A stretch of DNA of 64,000 nucleotides from the IMG/VR virus record IMGVR_UViG_3300031999_001882, positions 1-64,000 of that record, one strand, 5' to 3'. Below the pieces are notes generated by a model that was given only the letters and a program-made list of their open reading frames with translations, ran no database searches and had not been told where the DNA came from. Source of the DNA: a virus. A program made the position numbers and the translations under genes. This document shows, piece after piece, positions 44,759-55,205 of the stretch (the stretch's first letter is position 1; every line of letters begins with the position of its first letter).

Positions 44759-46063
44759 TTATTCGTCAGCTCCGATCAAACCCAAGGCTCGGCCAAGCCA
44801 ATAGGCAACCAAGAAATCTCCGCCATTGTGGTAGGTATCTGGAATGGTGTTGCCCATCCAGTTATCTGCCGAGTAGAGACTTCGTTGCCAGATAAAATCC
44901 TGCGTGCCTGACATCCATCGAGGAAGCGGCTGGGAAGTCACCCATTGCCCGCCCCATTTCATCAGCCGAACCCCATACTGACTGAGCTGATCCCCCTTGT
45001 CGCTGTTCTTGGTTTCAAGATTCCCGGCCAGCTTTTTTTCGACGGTGAACTCCAACAGCGTTTTCTTGGCCTGACCAATTTCAGTCGCCGTCAAAGGGTT
45101 CTGCCGGGCGCTCAGGAACGCAATCCAAGAGTTGCCCGATTTGTGCTCGATAGCCCATGTCCGCAAAAGTCCCTTCTGATAAGAAGTCTTGAGCGATCCG
45201 TCATCTTCCAGATCAGCCAGAATGGAAAGGCAGATCGCGGCGCGGTGCGAGTCGTACTTTTTCTCAATGGTGACGAGCTTGGCTTTGGCATAAGCCGCCA
45301 GCCCTCCGGCGTTGTAGCTTCGCTCAATTTTCCGGTAGTGCTGTTCGTAAAGCGGCTCCCCGGTGATCTTGGAAGCCACTTTCAGGATGCAAAGACATAG
45401 CGCCAGCCGGAGCGGATCGGTAAGCAGGCCATTGATTAAGGCCCCGAACTCGGTTGGGTTACCGTTTGGCAGGACTAGCGCATAGTTGTGATTGATGAGT
45501 TCGTCGGCCACGCCGCGAGCCAAGATCGCGGCCTTCGCCTTTACGTCTGCATCACCATAAAGCCATGAGAAATAGATGCCGCAGATGTGCCCGGTCACGC
45601 CGTCATTGGACACATCATCGCGGACAAACAGCGTCCCGTCCGGGTTCTTCTTGGTTCCACGGATCACCCGGCGCACAGGCTCGCCGTGAGCCGTCTGGTG
45701 CAGGTCCATGCCTTTCATGGACAAGCGCAACCGCTCCAAGTCTGCCGGGGCATGGGTCACCGAATACTTGAGCGCCCACAGCGTCGTGTAAATGCCGTGC
45801 CAGATACATTGGTCGCCTTCGTCGTTGACCGCCGGATCGGTGGTGATCCGGTACTCCCACATCCCGCCATCAAAGGCCGAGAAACGAGCCACCATATCAT
45901 CCTCAAAGCGCTGAGCTTTGACCGAAAGCTTCTCCGGGTACTTGAGCGCGACTTGCCGGGTAAACTCCTCGAAAGGGTCCAGCTTGTTGGTGATCTGATC
46001 GGCCAGCTTGAGAGCGCCTACCTTGGCGAGATCAGCTAATTTTTGGAGAAACCATAGAGCCAT
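44759..46063 (-). CDS. alpha-helical barrel, glycoside-hydrolase-like protein
   Basis: Helical repeats with conserved acidic residues (GDQCIWHG, DDVSND, DFLVAYWLGR). Confidence 0.45.
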   Translation of the reverse strand: MALWFLQKLADLAKVGALKLADQITNKLDPFEEFTRQVALKYPEKLSVKAQRFEDDMVARFSAFDGGMWEYRITTDPAVNDEGDQCIWHGIYTTLWALKYSVTHAPADLERLRLSMKGMDLHQTAHGEPVRRVIRGTKKNPDGTLFVRDDVSNDGVTGHICGIYFSWLYGDADVKAKAAILARGVADELINHNYALVLPNGNPTEFGALINGLLTDPLRLALCLCILKVASKITGEPLYEQHYRKIERSYNAGGLAAYAKAKLVTIEKKYDSHRAAICLSILADLEDDGSLKTSYQKGLLRTWAIEHKSGNSWIAFLSARQNPLTATEIGQAKKTLLEFTVEKKLAGNLETKNSDKGDQLSQYGVRLMKWGGQWVTSQPLPRWMSGTQDFIWQRSLYSADNWMGNTIPDTYHNGGDFLVAYWLGRALGLIGADE

Positions 46064-46478
46064 TGTCCACCTCGTTTCGTTCCTGCAACTGCTTTATTGC
46101 TTCCGCGACCTTGGGCTGGTCAATTTTTCCGCTTGTAATCGCCGGGGCCGTGCCCTGAACCAACATCCGGTACGCTGACTTCGCCATCGCGTCCTTGGCG
46201 GCCTCTACCGGAGCTAAGTCAATCAGCGTATTGCGAACTTCTTGAATTGCCACCCCGACGTGCATGAGTCTCTGGGAATTTTCAAGTCCGATGACGGGCG
46301 ACCACGCCATCGAACAGTCAAACAGATCAATCTGCTTCTCGGATTGCGGGTCTTTTCCAACAACGTGCTTCCACCACACACATTTACCACGCTCACCCGT
46401 TATTTCGTCCTGCCCAAAATCCTTACGCCACCCATCAACACACGACATCCCATTCAACGGACAATGCGGTGGTCGCAT
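46032..46478 (-). CDS. Cys-containing tail-associated hypothetical protein
   Basis: CPL...C...CVWW...G.DPQ.....D..DC..AW. Confidence 0.6.
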   Translation of the reverse strand: MRPPHCPLNGMSCVDGWRKDFGQDEITGERGKCVWWKHVVGKDPQSEKQIDLFDCSMAWSPVIGLENSQRLMHVGVAIQEVRNTLIDLAPVEAAKDAMAKSAYRMLVQGTAPAITSGKIDQPKVAEAIKQLQERNEVDNGSMVSPKIS

Positions 46479-46504
46479 AAATACCTCCTATTCGGTTTTC
46501 AATT

Positions 46505-47767
46505 TCAGTTCTTTGAAGCGAAGATGATGTCACAGTATTGGAACACATAAGTTCCTAATGCTGACGACATTCCAGTATCGCTTTGATTGCCAGTGCCCGG
46601 AGAATCCGCACCAGAATTTGCTGTATCTGAGCCAGCCGTTAAGTAATAAGGAATAGGCGCGGCGACGGCGATTCCAGCAACCCCTTGCACCCAATAGTTG
46701 TAGCTACGAGTGACAAATCCGTGAGGCCAACTATTCGCCCCACCGTTGGTTGGAAAAAAAATCTGCGCCCCAGACAAGCCTTGAGCCGTTTCATGTTGAT
46801 GGCTAATCGTATGTGAGTGAGAATTAACCCCGTGTGTGTGATTATTCTCAGTGTGAGTATGAGAATTAACCGTATGGGTATGATTATTCCCAACGTGACC
46901 ATGAGAAAGGCTGATCCCGGCGCTTGGAGAAGATGATCCGCCTGTTCCGCCTCCTGCTCCACTAACAATCCTCAAATGTCTGTCATTAAGAGATACGACC
47001 TGCGTCCATCCAGAAGGAGGCGAAGCCATGTAAAACACCTGCACGGTTCCTGTCTGGTTGAATCCAATGCCGGACCCGGAGAATGAGGACAAGTTAATCC
47101 GGTCTTGCTTGACGGAGCCAGCCGTTAATCGCTGGCCGTTGATGTCGTAATCCACCGTTTTCTGACGGAATGGCACAGGAAATAAACCGACGACCATCAT
47201 GGCACTGTCAGCAAAATATGACCCGATCTGAACTTCGCCCGCAATCATCTTAAAGACGTTGATTTTCAGGTAAGTAGCGCTTGTCGAAACGATCTTGGTG
47301 ACATTTAGCGTCTGATAAACACCGCCGCCCGGATGATAAAGGCTGAACGATTCCGAAACGCCGTCGTCGATAGAAATACGAGTGGCGCTTGAAAGAGAGC
47401 TATAAATACGAGCAGACAAGGACAACGTAATACCCAGAAAGCTTTTATGGTCAAGCGTCTGATTCATCGCAAAAACAGCGTCGGCAGTTCCGGCGTTAGT
47501 CACGACAATCTTCATCGCGTAATTGCCTGTGTCGATCTGTGCGCCAAGATCACCTATGGCGGCGCGATTGATATTGACCTGCGGCAATGTTGAGCCTGTT
47601 TTAGCGACCAGCCATGAGTCCAGCGTCTCCGCGCCATTGGCGGGGTTGGTGTAGGTCGCTCCGCTATTAGCTTGATCGACCTCCATCCCTCCGTTCGAGA
47701 GGAGGTTTTCGTGTATACCGTAGCCTTTTACGCTACCGTTTGTCCCAACTTCCCATAAAAGTCCCAT
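46505..47767 (-). CDS. tail fibre/RBP with CBM-like domain, collar-like motif and HxH repeats
   Basis: NLLSNGGMEV, PPSGWT, HTHTVNSHTHTENNHTH, C-terminal IIFASKN. Confidence 0.8.
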   Translation of the reverse strand: MGLLWEVGTNGSVKGYGIHENLLSNGGMEVDQANSGATYTNPANGAETLDSWLVAKTGSTLPQVNINRAAIGDLGAQIDTGNYAMKIVVTNAGTADAVFAMNQTLDHKSFLGITLSLSARIYSSLSSATRISIDDGVSESFSLYHPGGGVYQTLNVTKIVSTSATYLKINVFKMIAGEVQIGSYFADSAMMVVGLFPVPFRQKTVDYDINGQRLTAGSVKQDRINLSSFSGSGIGFNQTGTVQVFYMASPPSGWTQVVSLNDRHLRIVSGAGGGTGGSSSPSAGISLSHGHVGNNHTHTVNSHTHTENNHTHGVNSHSHTISHQHETAQGLSGAQIFFPTNGGANSWPHGFVTRSYNYWVQGVAGIAVAAPIPYYLTAGSDTANSGADSPGTGNQSDTGMSSALGTYVFQYCDIIFASKN

Positions 47768-47790
47768 AGCTCGTTCTCCTTAATCAGTTT

Positions 47791-48198
47791 TCAGAATCCT
47801 TGCAAATTTAAGAACGGAACGCCCTGAATCGTGCATTCATCGACGAGAATTTCAGTCGCCAAAACCACCTGCGTCCCGGTATCTGTCAGCCCGCCAAAGT
47901 CCGTCAGACCGCGCATGGTCGCCACCGCCGCCACTTCTTCAACAGGCAAGGTCATCATCTTGAGGTAATGGAGATATTGCGACTTGGGGCCGCCCGCCAT
48001 CGGATATCCGGTGATGGTATGGCAGGTCTGGCATTCCACGGCGATCTGGGTATAGCTGGTGATTCCTCCTGCCGTCGCAAACGGAAGCGTTAAAACATCG
48101 ACGGCGGCGCTGATTCCGTCATTGTGCGAAACATCGACGGTATAGCCGCCAACGTCGGTCATATTATTCAAATAAACTGTTTGTGGTGGCATCTTCAT
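47791..48198 (-). CDS. tail-associated hypothetical protein
   Basis: SD GGAGG. Lies within the tail module. Confidence 0.6.
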   Translation of the reverse strand: MKMPPQTVYLNNMTDVGGYTVDVSHNDGISAAVDVLTLPFATAGGITSYTQIAVECQTCHTITGYPMAGGPKSQYLHYLKMMTLPVEEVAAVATMRGLTDFGGLTDTGTQVVLATEILVDECTIQGVPFLNLQGF

Positions 48199-48231
48199 GT
48201 CCTCCTGAAACGATTTTATCCGTGCCGCAAA

Positions 48232-48393
48232 CTATCCTTGGGAGGTGGCCGCCTTCCATTCTTCCTCTGTAATATATTGAATACTGGTGTCGCCGAGTTC
48301 AGCCAAAAGCGCCGCTACCGTATCTTGATCCATCCCGTCATACGACGAATAGCAATCTGAACCATTGCGTGTTGATTTCACCCAGATTTTCAT
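48232..48393 (-). CDS. 53-aa putative tail-fibre assembly chaperone (not in ORF track)
   Basis: MKIWVKSTRNG...ITEEEWKAATSQG*. TAATG-coupled. Confidence 0.5.
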   Translation of the reverse strand: MKIWVKSTRNGSDCYSSYDGMDQDTVAALLAELGDTSIQYITEEEWKAATSQG

Positions 48394-48797
48394 TATCGTA
48401 TCCTTATCGCGCTGAGTTGTCCGGCTGTGTTAAAAGTTCCAGATACAAACGCCGCCACAAGATAAACCGTTGTTGTGTTGGCAAATTTAAGATTTCTGAA
48501 AACCCTGCCGCCGCCGGGGAACGCAGGGAGAGCTTGCGAGCTTCCGCCATCCGTAACTCCGGTAAAAGAAGCTGAGTTAAGCGAAATCGCCATCTGACTA
48601 CCTGCTACTACAGTTGCGCCGCATGAGAATCCGGCGTGAACAAACCAGTTTCCTGCCGTCAGAGAAATACTCCCAACATTTGATGCAGAAGATGAAACAG
48701 AAGCGCTCTGAAAGTTGCCCTCTATCGTCTCACCGACATCGCCTAGTTTTGCGCTATCGCTAACCGTCGTGCCTTTTGCTGGAATGTTAAAGCTCAT
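48393..48797 (-). CDS. tail-fibre tip-like protein
   Basis: G.VGE.I...SISLTAGNW...TTTVYLV...LSAIRIR. Confidence 0.65.
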   Translation of the reverse strand: MSFNIPAKGTTVSDSAKLGDVGETIEGNFQSASVSSSASNVGSISLTAGNWFVHAGFSCGATVVAGSQMAISLNSASFTGVTDGGSSQALPAFPGGGRVFRNLKFANTTTVYLVAAFVSGTFNTAGQLSAIRIR

Positions 48798-50653
48798 AAG
48801 AGACTCCATTCTGCGCCGTTATACATCATGCTGACGGAACTGTAGACTGACTGAATAATGAAGTTGGTCAGACCGTCAATAGTTCCTGTCGCTGGCTGAA
48901 TGACAATGAAATTGGTCGCCGCATCGCCTTTGCCATCCTTGATGAACAACTCCTCACCTGTGATGGGCGACGACGGCAAATTGACGAAGGTTGACGATCC
49001 AACTGTTTTATTCACGACTACATAAAGGTCTGTCCCGGCTAAGGTCACCGAGCTACCCGATGTTACGATTCTCACCGAATTGGCAAGGTTGGATCGCAGA
49101 ATCGGATCGGTATTACCAACCGAGTGCGTTGCGGCATGGGCGAAGTTCGGAGCCACGCCCATACTGATAAAGGTGATGTTTTCACCCACCGAGCGTCCGG
49201 TCAGAAAGGTGACCGACGAATTGCTGGTTTCGGTGTAATCTGACCCCAGCACCATGAATACGCCGCCTGAATACACGAACAGGCCGCCAGACCCCACCGC
49301 ATAAGAAATGTTGAGCGGGAACACCGTCTGACTGGCCGTTGCCACAATGGTCTGCTTCTGGATCATGTTGGCCGTTACGCCATTGGACACCCGGTAGAAG
49401 CTCATAACCGTCGCATTGAGCGGCGGCGGAGTCGTCATGGTGAAGCCGGGAAGGGCTTGGCTCTCAAAGAAGTCCACTCCGTTCTTGAGAACCAGTCCGT
49501 TGCGAGTCACAAAGAGCGACCCGGAAACGAACGTCTCCGGCATGGTATAGGTGATGTTCGAGGCATCCACCGCACCCGTGGGGGTGATATTGTCGCGCTG
49601 GAAGGCCCCGGTATTGAACGGCAGGATCGTGGACGGAAATTTGAAGAAAGCCAGCAATGTATCGGTTGACGCTGGCGCAACCGTCATTGTGAATCCCATC
49701 AACCCTGTGGCTTCCGTAAAGTCCACGCCATTTTTGAGGAGAAGGCCGTTGCGTGTGACGCTAAGCGTTCCCGGCACAAACTGGTAAGGAAGCGTAAAGA
49801 CCGTGTTAGAGCTGTTTTGCGTGCCGGACGGCGATACCTGAACCTTGGTCATTTCGCTGGAAGCGATGGTCGCGTTCCATGTCAGGCCGTCATAAAAAGC
49901 AAAGGTCTTGAGGTCTGTCCGGTAAAACGGCTGGCCCGCGAGCGGGACCGGAACAGTCGTGTAGGTCGTGCCTGTGTTGAATGGAATAGTGATCGGATCA
50001 GCGCCGCCGGAGTTGTGCGTCGATCCATGAGCGAAGTTGGGCTGGATGCCCTGAGCCACGAAGGTGATGATCTCACCCAACTGCCGACCGCTTGTGAAAG
50101 TCACGGAGGTTGAATTGGTTTCCAGATAATCGGTGGTGAGCGCTTGGCGCAAACCGCCCGAATAAGCCGCCAGCGCTCCTGTGCCTGTGGCATAAGAAAA
50201 TCCGAGATTGAACACCAACTGCCCAGAGGTTGCTACAAAAGTTTGAATGTTTTGCGTCGGAGACACGACGCTGGCTGTCAGCGCATAGAACGCCAAAAGA
50301 GTTGATCCGGCAAGCGGCGCTGGCGTAACGGTAAAGCCGGGGATTTGGGGTTGCTCAAAGAAATCCGCACCGCTCTTGAGCACCATACCGTCTCGCGTGA
50401 CCCAAAGAGTTCCTGCCGAAAATTGCTCAGCCAGCGTATAAGTGAGGTTCACTCCATCGGTCGCGCCTGTTGGGACAATCTCGCGCCGATCCAGAACGCC
50501 GCCGCCACCCGATCCTGTGACGAGATTCCATTGCGTCCCGTCGTAGGTATAGAACAGGTTATTGGTCGTGTTGTAGAAAAGCTGACCTTCCTTGAGGTCG
50601 GTGACCGGAAGGCTGGCTCCGGCGATGTCGATTTCTGGTCTTAAAATTGCCAT
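48794..50653 (-). CDS. tail protein with tandem Ig-like repeats
   Basis: Repeated P.G..D..N..(Y/F)T(L/M)...F..G.L.VTR(D/N)G..LK.G.DF units and H..TH..G..DPI motifs. Confidence 0.75.
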   Translation of the reverse strand: MAILRPEIDIAGASLPVTDLKEGQLFYNTTNNLFYTYDGTQWNLVTGSGGGGVLDRREIVPTGATDGVNLTYTLAEQFSAGTLWVTRDGMVLKSGADFFEQPQIPGFTVTPAPLAGSTLLAFYALTASVVSPTQNIQTFVATSGQLVFNLGFSYATGTGALAAYSGGLRQALTTDYLETNSTSVTFTSGRQLGEIITFVAQGIQPNFAHGSTHNSGGADPITIPFNTGTTYTTVPVPLAGQPFYRTDLKTFAFYDGLTWNATIASSEMTKVQVSPSGTQNSSNTVFTLPYQFVPGTLSVTRNGLLLKNGVDFTEATGLMGFTMTVAPASTDTLLAFFKFPSTILPFNTGAFQRDNITPTGAVDASNITYTMPETFVSGSLFVTRNGLVLKNGVDFFESQALPGFTMTTPPPLNATVMSFYRVSNGVTANMIQKQTIVATASQTVFPLNISYAVGSGGLFVYSGGVFMVLGSDYTETSNSSVTFLTGRSVGENITFISMGVAPNFAHAATHSVGNTDPILRSNLANSVRIVTSGSSVTLAGTDLYVVVNKTVGSSTFVNLPSSPITGEELFIKDGKGDAATNFIVIQPATGTIDGLTNFIIQSVYSSVSMMYNGAEWSLL

Positions 50654-50671
50654 ATCATTCCCTCACAAGCG

Positions 50672-52609
50672 TCAATAATTGCCGACTCGATTTATCGTAA
50701 CCCAATTAAAAATTGCGCTAGTCATCAGAGTTCGCGTTCCTTCGTTCTGATAACAGACAATGTGAATGTAATCCCCCGCCAGAAGGTTGACCAATGTTTC
50801 TCCGTGGATATTCCGATAGAATGTCTGCGTCGCGTCAATAACTCTAATGTCCAATCCGGCATAGTCAGACCCATTTTTCCTTAGCCTCAGTTCGGTATCT
50901 TTCCCGACGGTAAATGAAAGGTTATCCCATGTAACTATTGAAGATACTCGGTACACGCCGGAAATCGGAGCCGTAAACTTCCAGCCTGTGCCAGTCGTAA
51001 CAGCTCCGTGGCTATCGAAGTCTTTTGTCTCAAAATCAACAGTCGTGAATGAGGTCGTCGGAATAGATTGTCCGGCGGCTGTTTTATATCGGCATTGGAC
51101 GCTTTCCGTCGCCGCAATCTGGGAGGGGCCGGAGAGACGTTCGATATTGATGCAAGTAATTCCCGGCGAGTTCCCATCTCCCCGAAGCAACTCAGACACG
51201 CTTAGGTTTTGATTCACGCGAATGTCGATCACGTCTCCGGCGTTGAACAGTCTCAAGAAGTTGTACGCACAGCAGGCCGCCGCCGACGAAGCTCCTCCCT
51301 TACCTTGCGCTTGGCAGGATACCGACACGCCATTAACGTAGAGAAATGCGTTCACGTTTCCGACGTTGGTGGTTGTTCCAAAATAAAGATTCCCGCTTAT
51401 CTTGTAATAACCCGACACAGGAATCGTGTAGTTGTTGTTTGAGGAACTGAATTTTCCGTGCGTGTCTCTGTTGACGGTATCAAATGGAACTTTTACGTCA
51501 GACCCGCTCGCAATTCCCGTGGAATTCGATGAGAATGTCGCCTGAGCCGCCACCACGCGAGTATCCGCGTTATCCGACATGACCGTGGTGGTCCCCCACC
51601 CGACGATGGGAACGATAAACTGTGCAGAGATAATGTCGCCAGATACCCATGCCCCGCCGGGATAGGTGTTATCCCATTGATTCCCGGTTGTTGGACCCAT
51701 AAATTCAACTTCTCTTGCGGTCACGGATTTAAGAACGCATACGCCCACGGGAGTCGTTGGAGCGTTTGTTCTCGAACATTTTACAGTACCGACTTCTTGA
51801 ATCACGTTAGCCGAGGTTGCCTTGGAGAAGTCGATGGTATATCCAGCAGGGATGGCAACATTGATCTGGCCGGAGGCGTTCCCGTTGGCTGTCAGAAGAA
51901 CATTACACTCCATCGAATCACCCACTCTGCGCCAGAATCCAAGCGATGACGTGACGGGAATGTTCGACCACGTTGGCGTGTATGCCTTCCAGTCCGTGAC
52001 GGGGCTTCCCATCACCGCATACGAAGGGCCGACGCTGAAATTATCGACCTTGACCGTGCTGGCGACGGCGCTGGTTGTATTATTGTGAAGGATCAGCCGA
52101 TAGCTGGTGGAATTGGGTGATGATTGAAAGGAGGCCGCAAACTTCTCGATCACCAGCACCTTGGACAGCGTATAGGGCGCGGCTTGGATCAGGACTCCGT
52201 TGGTGACATCGTAAATCCAGATGTTGATAGACCCATCAACGTAATTGGCATCCGGCAAATAATCGAAGCTGATAAAAAGAGGCTTGGCTTGGTCCGCCGG
52301 GTCGATGGAAAATGCGTAGCTCACTCCATTTCCCAGACGATTCGCGGCATCCTTGGTCCAGAGGAATGATCCGGTTCCGCGCAAAGGCGAGCTAGTGGTG
52401 CGGGTCCATGTCAGGACTGGACTGCCGCCCGTTCCATCAACGGGAAGCGCCGCCCCGTCATCGTATGTAGCCCAGCCGGAGGTGTCCGTATCGGCTGACG
52501 GATTGAGGATGTAATTCTTTCCACCACCGCCTGTGCTGACGTTGGGATCGAGCTTGGAGGCGGTGATCGCCTGAGCCGCGATGTCGATTGACTGAATTTG
52601 GGTTGCCAT
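50672..52609 (-). CDS. tail fibre/RBP with CBM-like N-terminus and tandem C1q-like domains
   Basis: KNYILNP, FD....D.HG.......(Y/F)T.P.SG.Y twice, AGD.I.I. Confidence 0.75.
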   Translation of the reverse strand: MATQIQSIDIAAQAITASKLDPNVSTGGGGKNYILNPSADTDTSGWATYDDGAALPVDGTGGSPVLTWTRTTSSPLRGTGSFLWTKDAANRLGNGVSYAFSIDPADQAKPLFISFDYLPDANYVDGSINIWIYDVTNGVLIQAAPYTLSKVLVIEKFAASFQSSPNSTSYRLILHNNTTSAVASTVKVDNFSVGPSYAVMGSPVTDWKAYTPTWSNIPVTSSLGFWRRVGDSMECNVLLTANGNASGQINVAIPAGYTIDFSKATSANVIQEVGTVKCSRTNAPTTPVGVCVLKSVTAREVEFMGPTTGNQWDNTYPGGAWVSGDIISAQFIVPIVGWGTTTVMSDNADTRVVAAQATFSSNSTGIASGSDVKVPFDTVNRDTHGKFSSSNNNYTIPVSGYYKISGNLYFGTTTNVGNVNAFLYVNGVSVSCQAQGKGGASSAAACCAYNFLRLFNAGDVIDIRVNQNLSVSELLRGDGNSPGITCINIERLSGPSQIAATESVQCRYKTAAGQSIPTTSFTTVDFETKDFDSHGAVTTGTGWKFTAPISGVYRVSSIVTWDNLSFTVGKDTELRLRKNGSDYAGLDIRVIDATQTFYRNIHGETLVNLLAGDYIHIVCYQNEGTRTLMTSAIFNWVTINRVGNY

Positions 52610-52610
52610 C

Positions 52611-53492
52611 TTACGCTACCTCCGCCGTCCAAGAAGCATCTTGAGCATTGCCCCATGAAACTGGCGTTCCGCCAGTTGTTATAAATGTCACATTAAATCC
52701 TTTTGCCGTTATCCCATCTGACGTAGCGCCAGTTGACATATTAGATGGCGTTCCGTTTGTAACGGTAACCGTTGGAGTTGCGCTCTTTGCTGTCATAAAA
52801 GTCAACGGCAAATGCACCGTCATAGATGCGCCGTTAAAAAACTGCCAATGAATCCCCGTTCTTGCCTCGTAATATCTCATGCACCGCGCCAGATCATCCG
52901 CCGGGTGCATCGGGATATAGCTGACGGGCTGGCTTCCAACGACCAGCATGGCAGAATCAAGGTTGTAGTAAAATGCAGAAGTGTTCCCATCGTTAATTGA
53001 CCCCGCATAAATACGCAATATCGTGGCGGCGGCTGAAACGACACAAGTGATTGACAAAGTTTCCCAATTTCCGCCACCTGTGTGATATGCGTCTGCCGTA
53101 TATCCATCCCCTTTATAAATTCTTATCCCGACTTTGTTTCCTCCGAGATTTGATTTCATGCGGATTGACAACGTAATGGTTTTCCCGCGATACGAAATCA
53201 CATTCTCGATATCCGTAATCATGTTGAGAATCGAATCAGACGCAACAACTGTAAAATTTGCCTTCAAAGAATAAAGCCCGTTATCGACAACTGACGCATC
53301 TTGTGTAACGGTATAAGTAGGAAGCGTGCCCGACTTATTTGTTTTCCATCGGTCGGCAGTAGTGGTCTGATCGGCTGGATTTGTAAAGGTGACCCCCCTC
53401 TGCCACACTTCGTACCCCGGATTGACGAGCAAATTCACCTGTGGCGCGAGCGCCGCCGCGAAGTCTTGATCTGGAATGAGTTTGGTTACCAT
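52611..53492 (-). CDS. RBP, one CBM-like domain plus C-terminal domain
   Basis: NLLVNPGYEVWQRG, ADRWK, DSAMLVVGS, DLARCMRYYE. Confidence 0.75.
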   Translation of the reverse strand: MVTKLIPDQDFAAALAPQVNLLVNPGYEVWQRGVTFTNPADQTTTADRWKTNKSGTLPTYTVTQDASVVDNGLYSLKANFTVVASDSILNMITDIENVISYRGKTITLSIRMKSNLGGNKVGIRIYKGDGYTADAYHTGGGNWETLSITCVVSAAATILRIYAGSINDGNTSAFYYNLDSAMLVVGSQPVSYIPMHPADDLARCMRYYEARTGIHWQFFNGASMTVHLPLTFMTAKSATPTVTVTNGTPSNMSTGATSDGITAKGFNVTFITTGGTPVSWGNAQDASWTAEVA

Positions 53493-53501
53493 AATTTCTC
53501 C

Positions 53502-53669
53502 CTAAGCCGGGTCCGGCGCATTCCCTAATGCTATCCAAGCGTCGTATGCTTGCCGATCAATGTTCATCGGGTCAATCGGAATGTACGAAGTCGATCCATC
53601 GTCGTTGTGACGGATAATAGTTTGTGACGGATTACCCGTTATTGGATCATTCATTAGCTGATAAATCAT
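53502..53669 (-). CDS. small tail-fibre assembly-like protein
   Basis: SD GAGG before MIYQL. IP.DP.N.D.Q.Y..W...GN.P. Confidence 0.65.
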   Translation of the reverse strand: MIYQLMNDPITGNPSQTIIRHNDDGSTSYIPIDPMNIDRQAYDAWIALGNAPDPA

Positions 53670-53679
53670 AGATTCCTCT

Positions 53680-55191
53680 TTATAGTTCCGATTCCAATGT
53701 AAGATAACTTGAAGTTGCCGTTGTATAAATAATAGACCCATTTCCTGCTATTCCACCACTTGCAAAGCCGGGGCTTATTCCCACAATTTGATTACTTGAA
53801 CCAAAACCGGAGCTTAGAGATGTCACCGTCAGTCCGTTTCCTGCTGAGTCGTATGCTCGCCAACCAGAAACTCCGAATACTGTAACGGTGGGCGTAGCGT
53901 ACATTGCGACTGGCAAACGAATAGTAAAATCAGCTCTGGTGGTAGACCACCATTGTCCAGAAGCTACTAATTCAGTCCCGGTGATATTACCGCCAATGCG
54001 TTGGCAGTACCGTTGGCATTGAGCGAGTTCGATCTGCGGGTCTTTTGGGACAAAGGCGACGGGCGCGGAACCGATGACGAGCATCGCAGAATCAAAATAT
54101 GTGGTGCTAACAGATGGAGGTGTATCAAAGAACCCTGCATTTAACGTGACTGATATGGATGCAGAAGAAGTTAAAGTTTTCGTAACAGATAATGTTTCAT
54201 AAGCCCCGCTTCCCGAATGACTGGCAGACCGTGTTGCCCCTGTCACCCCATCATTGATGAAAAGTTGCACCCCTGAATTTGCCCGAACCCTCATAGAGAA
54301 GGTAAGGGTTTTCCCTCTGTAATTCATTGAATTGTCTAGGGTCTGCTGAAAAATTGAATAAGTTGCGCCACCAACTACAGTAATGTCTAATTTAACGGCA
54401 TACGCTCCAACCGAATCAATTATCGTCGCTTCCCTTGAGATTGTTCCGGTCGGTCCACCATCTCTTGCAAACTTCCAGCGGTCTGCGGTATAGATTCCAT
54501 TTGTCATCGGGAAACTTATTCCCCTCTGCCAGAAATCCATTCCTCCGTTGATGAGAATATTTTGAGCGAGATTCTGGTCTGCCGTTCTCAAATCAGTAAT
54601 AGCTGGAAGTTCCGGGGTAAATGCAACCGTTGAGGAACCTACAGTCAGCATCACAGAATCAATGTAAACAATGCCCACATTAACAGTTGTTTGAAGAAAT
54701 CCCGCATAAACAGCACACCCATTCGGCACGGATGCAAATGTGAGAGTTGTCGTCAATGTTTCAAAATTACCGCTCCCGCTATGCGCTGTGGATTCGGTAA
54801 AAGAATATCCATCATAAATGGCAATTTTTACATTCGCCGCAGTTGTTTTTATTCGGGCGGTAGCCGTCAAAGTTTTCCCACCACGGAAGTTAAGAAAATT
54901 TGAAACATTCTGGAATATACGGACTGTTGTCGCCCCACCCACAGAAGTAACATTCAACTTCAAGGAAGATGATCCTTGATCCAAGTTCGCCGCATTTGTT
55001 TCCTGTGAAATTGTAAATACAGGAGAGCCAACACTGAGGTCCGTGATCCATTTATCGGCGGTAACGGCGTTTTGCGGAGGATTGGAAAAATTTATTCCAC
55101 CACTCCAATTTTCAAACCCTCCGTTTATCAAGATGTTCTGATACGGAGAATTGACCGGATCAATCGCTCGACTAGGTACTATGGTTCCCAT
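53680..55191 (-). CDS. RBP, two CBM-like domains plus C-terminal domain
   Basis: Two NILINGG..WQ/WS..ADxW..DS.ML.(V/I)GS units, ELAQCQRY. Confidence 0.8.
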   Translation of the reverse strand: MGTIVPSRAIDPVNSPYQNILINGGFENWSGGINFSNPPQNAVTADKWITDLSVGSPVFTISQETNAANLDQGSSSLKLNVTSVGGATTVRIFQNVSNFLNFRGGKTLTATARIKTTAANVKIAIYDGYSFTESTAHSGSGNFETLTTTLTFASVPNGCAVYAGFLQTTVNVGIVYIDSVMLTVGSSTVAFTPELPAITDLRTADQNLAQNILINGGMDFWQRGISFPMTNGIYTADRWKFARDGGPTGTISREATIIDSVGAYAVKLDITVVGGATYSIFQQTLDNSMNYRGKTLTFSMRVRANSGVQLFINDGVTGATRSASHSGSGAYETLSVTKTLTSSASISVTLNAGFFDTPPSVSTTYFDSAMLVIGSAPVAFVPKDPQIELAQCQRYCQRIGGNITGTELVASGQWWSTTRADFTIRLPVAMYATPTVTVFGVSGWRAYDSAGNGLTVTSLSSGFGSSNQIVGISPGFASGGIAGNGSIIYTTATSSYLTLESEL

Positions 55192-55205
55192 AAATTTTCA
55201 ACCTC

